Source: Zygophlyctis sp. KS116 (taxonomy: Eukaryota > Fungi > Chytridiomycota). From it: a stretch of DNA of 32,000 bases. The stretch is taken from NCBI GenBank assembly GCA_054661495.1, contig BAAFSQ010000047.1, positions 22,484-54,483 on the forward strand, written 5' to 3'. Positions 21,616 through 32,000 of the stretch are shown here, in pieces; the first letter of the stretch is position 1; every line of letters begins with the position of its first letter. A program made the position numbers and the translations under genes. A model generated the notes under the pieces. The model searched no databases and was not told the origin of the DNA. It worked only from the letters and a program-made list of their open reading frames with translations.

Positions 21616-22967
21616 TCATGATTTGTATAAAATACACGAAATATCATCAATATCTGAATTTAAGAAATCTTGATTCATCTTTTCTACACATTGATCAGTA
21701 AATTTCCACCAAATGTTAGATTTGAGTAAATAAAGACATAAATTTGGACTCTTTCTAAGAATTCCAAACAATTTCAAACCTTCTTTTTGAAGTGCAGGAA
21801 CCTCAAATATATCTGACATTCTTCTTCGAAGTACATTACATTCATGATCCAAGTCTTTGATTTTTGAGATTTGAGAAGAATAATATTCTAAAAGTCTAGA
21901 TGAAAGATTTGCAGATCCGAAATTGGGATATTTCTGGAAAAAGTTACTAGATTCTAATATACAAGACAAATTTGAGGATTGTTGTTTCATAGATTCAAGT
22001 TTGTACAGTTCAGATTCTTTCAAACTTAATTCACGATCTTTAGATCCCATAATGAATGCATTCTTTTTCAGATGACGATCAATATATAATTCTAAAGGTA
22101 TCCTAGTATGTGCAAGTTGAGGAAATGATAAAATTAATAGTTTTTGTGGATAATCATTTGGAAATATAAAGGTTTTTGGAGCTGATAGTGCTTTTGCCAA
22201 CCAAAATCTTAAATCTTCATCATAATGAAAAGGCGACATTTCCAGTACAGGAATATAATCAATCGTACTTGAAATTGATTCTCTTAATATCGGCAATGAA
22301 ATGATTTTCTTAATTTTAGCAGCTTTTTCATCACTTGATTCACGTGCTAGAATTGTTCTGATCAGATTCATAGTTTCTAAAATATTAATTTTCAAAAATT
22401 ACCAGTTACAGAACAAGGGAAAGTTACATTTTCTTTTGAAACCAAGTAATTGGCAATAGCACTAGGCGATCCATACTTTTTATCAGAAAGTTTTTGTTCA
22501 TTAAAGTTCAAAAGAAGCTTCTGAGCCAATGAAGACTCTTCCAGCGATTTATCAGTATTCCAAACCGAAGAATTATTTGGTTCGTTTAAAACTTGATAGA
22601 GTTCATCCAACTCTGCCAAGGCTAATAATAAATATCCCAGCACCGGCCATTCTTTCAAGGATTCAATTGCCAATGGTTCTTCTGCACATTTAGTCAGATT
22701 GGTAGATTGAGCCTTAAACCCAGAAAATTCCTTTTTATTCAATTCCTCTATTGATAGACTTTGTGCAATGGCCTCTTGCATGTCTTGATCTATAACTTAA
22801 TTTTGAAATATAATACCAGAGTCTGCAGCTTTCACGACTCTTGGCTCTTCAAAAATCAATGCTATTGCTTGTTCTACATCATTTCCGGTTTTGATCAGCG
22901 CTGCCATTGCATCCTCCCGATCCAGTCCGAGCTCTACCAACTTTGAAACTTTCTCCGGATCAGCCAT
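21616..22967 (-). CDS. UBA + UIM ubiquitin-binding protein (2 introns)
   Basis: MADPEKVSKLVELGLDREDAMAALIKTGNDVEQAIALIF (UBA), then DQDMQEAIAQSL (UIM). The remainder is divergent. Confidence 0.72.
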
Positions 22968-23109
22968 TTAGTAGTAGATTTGGATTAATTAATGGACAAT
23001 GTCAAAAAGATTCCTTAAACTAGGCGCATTATTGATCAATTTATAAAGCAAAACAATTCTATACTCCAAAGCATGCATTACCATTTGAACTGGAATGATT
23101 AGAAAAGGC

Positions 23110-24447
23110 CTACTGATTCTTAGATGGTAGTAAACTAAGCAATTGTTGAATTTGCTGAGAGGTTAAAGTTGAGCCAGGTGCAGTTGTGGGGAGTTTTGTC
23201 TGCGGTGGAGCTCTATTACCCCCAGCTACTGCACCTGCAGGCGCAATACTTCCATTCGATAATTGACCAGAGTGTAAACCCGAAAGTGATCCCATCATTG
23301 TAGGCATTGTCATTGATGGCATTGTAGGCATCGAATATGATGGTTGATGCATTCCAGGAGAATTAACCATTGATCCTTGATATGAACTATATCCATAGGA
23401 AGGGTAGCTTGGCATAGCTCCTGTAGGCATCGGATGCTGTTGTAGCATTGATAATAGATTTGTAGTGTTTGGAACTCCTCCAGAGGCATACATTGGCTGC
23501 TGTTGCCAATTTCCTGATGATTGAGAAGCCTTTAAAGACTGGATTCTATTTTGCTAATATTAGTCTTTTCTAAAGTTACCAATAATGCATTTAAATCACT
23601 TTCAGAAGCATTATTTGTAGTCTCTCTACGATCTAAAAGTTATTTAAAAGGTCTTTACCTCCTCTGTAATCTGATCTCTCTCTTTCAATCAATCTCTCAA
23701 ACTCATCCCATGTAAACTCAACTTCTAAATGACCATCCATAAAACTTGGGTTCTCAGACACACCATCAAAAGCGGCCTCACAGTCTCTACTATCATAATA
23801 CTCAATCACTTTACGCCTAATAATTATAATTAACATCTTACAATGGATCATTAGTATTTCTGATATTCATTACTTGTCCATATCTCTCAAAAAACGATCT
23901 CAAACTCTGATTATCTAGAGGACCTCTTGATTTTCTCAATGTAACATATAAAGATCCCTAAAATTACTTGATTCTAAGTTACCTGATCTTTTTCTCTGTC
24001 ACATCTCCCTGATCTTTTTACATCCTCCTTTGGAAGCGAGTAGTGGATGTTTATCTAAAAATATTTAAAATCAAAATGTATACCGATCGTCCTCTCAAAT
24101 TAGAACCATTCAGTGCAGTTCTTGCTCTTTCTGCCCCTCTCAAATCATAAAAGGTCAAAAAACATATTCCTCTCCTGGAAATAAGATCACAAAAGTTTTT
24201 AATTTCTCCATAAGTGGTAAATAACTCTTTAATCTCATCTTCTCGAACATCGAAATTGCAATTACGAACAAACAGTCTTCTGCAAGGCCTTTCCAACTCA
24301 TTAGCTTCATCTTTCCCTGATTATAAGCAATAAAGTGATCATACCAATCGCGGGTGTTTTCTTAGTACTTGACCGATCTTCCTCATTCCCTCTGTTGTAA
24401 GGATGAGAAGATCTAGAGGACTTTGAGTATCTACTTGGACCCGACAT
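23110..24447 (-). CDS. Two-RRM RNA-binding protein (Mei2 RRM1/2-like) with low-complexity tail (about 6 introns)
   Basis: ERPCRRLFVRN, FYDLRGAERA, HYSLPKED, NQ|GSLYV, IEYYDSRDCEAAFD, and an M/P/S/Q-rich C-terminus. Confidence 0.8.
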
Positions 24448-24520
24448 AAAAAATTTTTTTGACGCTGAAAAAATTTGTTCGGGAAATTCTCAGTCTTAGG
24501 TCACTCATAAACAATACATC

Positions 24521-26130
24521 ATGGAGTCTTGCAGAGGTAGTATTAGCTTTAATGCTGCATCTCATTCTCTCGAGGGAAGCTCAAAGATAGATCCGGACGA
24601 TCTTGTTATAATACAGAAAGTATGACTGATCGTAATGATAATATTAGACTTTTAGAGGGTTTCTCAATGACACACTCAATTGGCAACAGATAGAATTTCA
24701 GGTTTGGGAGTGGAGTCGACCACGTAAGATCATTATAGTCATGATTAGAATTATTTGGGATTTATCTTGGAATGGCGGTTAAACTTGGGATGGTGGATAG
24801 CGGTGACAGTTTGGAGGCTATATTATCGCTTTCTGTAGATATAATTGATATGTATTTGTCTAATCCCTATCACTTTGCGGGTCATGCATTTGATGTTGCA
24901 TTCATGGTTTATTATATGTTGGATGATTTAGGCATTAAATTGCAATTGGCATTAACTAAATCAGAGTGTATTTCCATTTTTATTGCAGCTTTGGGACATG
25001 ATATGGGACATCCGGGGTTAAATAACTTATATCAGGTATCTATCAAGTTTTATTAATGATTAAAGGTGAATTCACAAACTGAACTTTCTAAGAGGTATAA
25101 CAACAAATCAGTTCTCGAAAATTATTCCATTGATCTCTTGTATGATCTGTTAGATAAAAATCCATACTTGGGGCTCATATTTCCAGATAACAAGGACGAA
25201 ATACGACAAATACGAGAGTTGATTAAAGTTTTGATCATCAATACAGATATGGCATATCATTTCGAAAATGTTACTAAATTACTAAATATAGTCGATTCTA
25301 AACATGATAGTGGTTCTCAGTCAAAACTTGATAAATTAGAAGAACTTGCAGAAGAACATTCATCTGCGGTAGATGAGTCTTTTGATTTTAGAGAGTCAAA
25401 CAATACTCAACTGTCAATTCCTGAATATGTAAGAAATTCTTTAAACAATGGATCAACAACTTCTCTGGCTGATTCATGTCAAAGCAGCTCGTTAGAGATA
25501 ATTATTACAGATAGTTTGGAAAGTAGATATCTCTTGATTTCATCTATTCTTCATGCTGCAGGTATTTTATAGTTTTTGATTATATTAGATATTAGTAATC
25601 CTGCCCGTCCTTTTTTGGTTAGCAAAGTATGGTCAGACAAGGTCATGGAGGAATTATTCTTACAGGGTGATAAAGAAAAGGCTAGTGGATTGCCAGTTTC
25701 TCCATCGATGGATCGTGATCTTACAAACGAAAGAGAGGTTGCGACTGGATTTACCAATTTCATTGTTCAGCCGTTTTTTGAATTGCTCAGTATTATTTTC
25801 CCAAGGATAGATTGCTTTGCTCTTCTTTTAAGGAATAATGCACAACGAAGAGAAATCAATTCCGAGCCAAGTCCGTTACAAGCGATGAGTCAAGAATTTT
25901 TATCCTCATCGAAATCTGCAATAACTATGAACCCAAAATTAAACAAAGATGCAAATATGTCTCGAAAAGTATCCTTGGCAGCTGGAATGATTGAAATAAA
26001 GGATGATATGATTTCTATGTCTGGAAGGATAATGTTTAACAAGCAACATCGAAAAACTATAACAGAGGATTTTTCAAGGAGAGGGACCTCCACAGCACAA
26101 AGCACGCTTAGAAATAGCATTAAAGAATAG
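24521..26130 (+). CDS. Class I 3',5'-cyclic nucleotide phosphodiesterase (4 introns)
   Basis: NPYH...HAFDV, AALGHDMGHPGLNN, SVLEN, TDMAYH, LHAA|DISNPARP, EELFLQGDKEK. Confidence 0.92.
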
Positions 26131-26145
26131 ATCGATTATATTGAT

Positions 26146-27594
<1,449 letters not shown>

Positions 27595-27636
27595 TTTATT
27601 TAATGACAATGGAAATTAAAAAAATTAAAATTTTAT

Positions 27637-27686
27637 TTTACAATTTTACAATTTTACTATAAACTACAATACTACAATACTACAAT
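27637..27686. repeat. Short tandem repeats (ttttacaa)x2 and (actacaat)x3
   Basis: Read directly in the divergent intergenic region. Confidence 0.85.
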
Positions 27687-27784
27687 AGTATACTATACAA
27701 ATAGACAATCCCTAGGTTTACACAGGGTTACAAGGATGTTAGGTTACAAGGTTTATATCAAGGTCCAACAACACTCTAGGGTAA

Positions 27785-28219
<435 letters not shown>

Positions 28220-28244
28220 AAATTTTATTTTTTATCTACAATTT

Positions 28245-31200
28245 ATGAAGTCTTGTTTGGTTTGGTCAGAAAATGTATGCTATTGGCATTAATTTTAGAT
28301 TGTAAGTCCAGATAATACTATTCCACCAATTTATTCTGTGGCGTTTAGTACAGATGAGAGTTATTTGTTTGCGTCTGCCGCGAATCAGGTTCTAGTGTAT
28401 CAGGTCTCTGATGGCAAATTATTACATTCTCTCAAAGGGCACAAGGAACCAGTGACAAGTGTTACTGCATTGGTAAATGGTGGGTTAGCATCAGGGGGTG
28501 CGGATAAGACTGTTATCATTTGGAGTCAAAAGTTTGAAGGCGTCTTGAAATATACTCATAGTTTTACTATTCAGGCTTTGGAACAGGATCCTCTCTCAGG
28601 AATATTAGTGTCTGGTACTGCTGGGGATTTTGGACTATGGTCTGCAGATAAAAAGGCTGTTAATAAGACAAAGGTATAATTAAAATGATTTATTACAAGG
28701 TCTCTTCTCGTGTTTTAAGTGTGTCTTGGGCAAAAGATGGTCAGCATTTTGCTCTAGGAATGTTTAATGGGAGCATTTCTATTAGAACAAAGTTTGGAGA
28801 GGAAAGAACGCTGATTCATAGAGATAGTGATCCAGTATGGTCTTTATCTTGGACAATACTACAAGATACTGATGTTTTAACAACTTCTGGATGGAATAAG
28901 AAAATTTCATTTTATGATTTAGATGGGAAACAAGTTGGTAGAGATCGAAATTTGGATTTTAATTCTTGTACTTTAAAACATACTGGTACTGGTGACTTTT
29001 TCTTAATTGGTGGCTCTGATAAGAAATTGACTCTTTGGACATCAGAAGGAGTTAAACTTAATACTATTTGTGAGTCTAAGGGTTGGGTTTGGTCTTGTCA
29101 AATGAGATCAAGGCAAAATCAGATTGCTGTAGGGACGCATGATGGTACAATATCTATATATCAAGTTAGTTTTCATACTATTCATGGTTTGTTTCAGGAT
29201 AAATACGCTTTCAGGCAAAATATGACTGAAGTTGTAATTCAGGACTTGACTACAGATCAACGTGCTCGATTAAAATGTCGTGACTATATCAAAAAGATTT
29301 CAATTTACAAGGAGAAATTAGCTATACAACTTTCTGATAAAATTATGATTTATGAATTAGCACCAAATCAGTTTGGAGAATTGCAGTATAGAATCAAGGA
29401 AAAGATTCAGCAAATATTTGACTGCAATTTATTGGTAGTGACTTGTCAAAGTTTGATTCTCTGCCATGATAAGCTGCTAAGAATGTATTCTTTTGAGGGT
29501 AAATTAGAACGCGAATGGTCTTTTGATTCAATTATTCGTTACATCAAAGTCATTGGAGGTCCGGTTGGCAGAGAAGGAGTATTGGTTGGTTTAAAGTCTG
29601 GTTCTGTGTTTCAAATTTTCTTAAATAATTCTTTTCCATTACAGTTGCTGGAGCAAAAAAATCCTATCAGATGTTTGGATCTGAGTCTGGCACGCACAAA
29701 ATTAGCAATTGTTGATGATCAAAACACATGTTTTGTTTATGATATACACACCAAAGAGCTTCTATACTCTGAGCCAAATGCAAATAGTGTCGCTTGGAAT
29801 ACCGTAGTTGATGATATGCTCTGCTTTTCTGGAAATGGGCTTATAAACATCAAAATAGCAAGCTTTCCTGTCTATTCACAAAACTTTAACGGATTTGTTG
29901 TTGGATTCAAAGGCTCGCGAGTTTATTGTCTAAATAAGTATTCGATGATGTCTATAGATATCTCTTTGTCGTCTTCGATAGAATCTTTTCTTAATGGACG
30001 CAATTTTGATTCTGCCTACATGATTGCATGTTTGGGAGCAACCCAAATTGATTGGAGAAATCTTGGGATAATTGCTTTAGAAAATTCAAAGTTTGAAATT
30101 GCGAAAAAGGCTTTTGTTAGAATCAAGGAGGTCAAATATTTTGAAATGATTCGCCATATGGAAAAGTCAAAAGATGAATTGGAATGTGAAATTACTTTGG
30201 GGGAGATCAATGCCTTGGCTGGTCGTTACAATGAGGTAAATAATAAGAGACTTATATAAGGCTGCGAAAATATTTAAAAAATGTGGGCAGATTCAAAAGG
30301 CAATAGACATGTTCACCGACTTAAACATGTGGGATGCTGCCGCGGCTATCGCACAAGGTGTCCCGTCTAAAAGTGCAGAGGTTCTGCGCAAAAAGGCTCA
30401 CATTCAAAGAGAATTGAATGATATTCAATCTGCTGCAGATACTTACATTGAAATAGAAGATTATCTTTCTGCGATTTCAATACTAGGGCAAAATGCGATG
30501 TACGATAAATTAATGTCTATAGTTCGAATTCTTACCAAGTCTCATTATAATGAGATGAATGCTTGTGTGGAGTGGTTCAAAAAGTCTGGGAAAAAAGAAT
30601 TTGTCATGGAAACATTATCTAAATTAGGAGATATACCACAGCTACTTCAGCATCTAATACAGCTGCATCAATGGGATGAGGCATTTATACTTATAGAAAC
30701 ACACCCTCAATTTGCTTCAAAGCTATATCTTCCTTATGCCGATTGGCTTGCTTCTCAGTTCAAATTCTCTGAAGCCCAGAATTTTTACCATAAAGCGGGC
30801 GATTGGGAAGCTGCAATTCGAGTTCTGAAGGAATTATCATCAGCTTCGGTGGCTGAAAAGCGCTTTGATGATGCCAGTAAAAACTATTGGGCATTGTCAT
30901 CGGAGATTTCTATAAAATGTTCGAAAGAAAAAACTAAAGCATCTCTAGATATTTACAAATTCCAACAGTGGTCACAAATTTACTATGCATATCATCATGT
31001 TTATTCATACATAGAAGAGCCCTTTTCTTCGCAACTTTCTTCGAATCTTTTTTTTATGGCTAGATATGTTTATCATTATTGTTTGAAGAATACGATACCT
31101 CCCGGAATCTCTGTTTGCCATGTCCTTTTTGCTCTTGGAAAACTTGGCAAAATTCTTGGAGGTTACAAAGTTTCAATATTCTCTTTTGAAAAATTACTGA

Positions 31201-31730
31201 ACCTTTCGTATCCTAGCGAATGGGAGCATGTTATTGAAACATCTCTTCTTTTACTCTTTGGAAAATCAAAAACAGATTCAGAAGAAGTATGTCGACAATG
31301 CTTTGCCTGTGGATCTGATAATCCCCCGTTAAATTCGATTGATGGGGATGAATGTACTATATGCCATGAACCATTTATCCACTCTTTCTATTCTTTAGAC
31401 GATATGCCATTAGTTAGATTTACATTCACAAAATCCTTAGATGAAAAGGTTGCATTATCCCTAATTAATTCTGAGCCTCTCATTGGATCTAAATCTTTGG
31501 ACACAATAGTTTCATCTTTTCAATCAAAAAGACTGGCTGGATCTCCGATAGAGTTGGACGAGTCTGCATTATCTGCACTCGATCCTCATCAAGTGTTTCT
31601 TGCGAATAATCAAGGAGGAATATTAAGTATCAATCCTTCGCTTAAAATCGCCACTTGTTCTAATTGCCGACAATTCTTCTTGGACGAGGAATGGAATTTC
31701 TGCGTCTCATGCCCGTTTTGCAATTCTTGA
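28245..31730 (+). CDS. IFT122: Intraflagellar transport protein 122 (IFT-A; 3 introns)
   Basis: WD40 repeats (LKGHK, ASGGADKTVIIW, EGVLKYTH), TIHGLFQDKYAFRQNMTEVVIQ, GGPVGREG, MFTDLNMWD, YLPYADWLA, and C-terminal Cys knuckles. Confidence 0.95.
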
Positions 31731-31840
31731 ATAAACCTTTAATTTTCTATTTTAAACCAGGAATATGCATCAATACCCTTTAAATATTATTAACATATTC
31801 TTTGAATCTACAATCCTTACTGAGTCCGATCACCATTTAA

Positions 31841-32000
31841 GCAATGATTATTAAAGAGAAATTATTAATCAATAACCAGGTTAATTCATTTAAGAATTGG
31901 TTTCGGAGTCGCAAGTTTTTCCCTTGTTTCAATTTAATCGCCTCTATGGACTCTATGTTTTACAAGCAAAATATCCAGCTACCTGTTCTTAAAGGTGCAT
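31841..32000 (-). CDS. Possible 3' end of a gene entering from the right edge
   Basis: A 30-nt GT..TAG intron-like segment joins APLRT|ESIEAIKLKQGKNLRLRNQFLNELTW. No family recognised and the end is uncertain. Confidence 0.3.

Overview
AT-rich, extremely compact eukaryotic genomic DNA, not prokaryotic. It holds about 22 protein-coding genes broken by roughly 80 (hand count) ultra-short GT-AG introns of about 24-33 nt, and intergenic gaps are often 0-60 nt. Flagellar genes (IFT122, DNAI7/CASC1, LRRC51) occur together with fungal-type genes (Spo12-like, 2-oxodicarboxylate carrier, Mei2-like RRMs). This suggests a zoosporic fungus (chytrid-like), which is an inference. Gene order: LRRC51(-), ornithine decarboxylase(+), ISWI(+), RRP4(-), AIFM1(+), METTL2/Trm140(-), SPF45-like(+), RBM26/27(+), TBC protein(-), unknown ORF(+), frataxin(+), eIF5A(+), dymeclin(-), DNAI7(-), R3HCC1-like(+), Spo12-like(+), mitochondrial carrier(-), RA+SARAH RASSF-like(+), UBA-UIM protein(-), RRM protein(-), class I PDE(+), CaMKK-like kinase(-), ubiquitin-RPL40(+), IFT122(+). 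Best leads: (1) the ODC leader, which has an AUU-Pro-Pro-Lys-Arg uORF resembling the polyamine-sensing uCC and a candidate intron that would delete the ODC AUG and fuse a leader peptide in frame; (2) a splicing system with an apparent 24-nt length floor; (3) a RASSF-like RA+SARAH protein; (4) a PDE lacking the invariant glutamine; (5) sharp CpG-free patches. All gene models were spliced by eye, and no database search was run.
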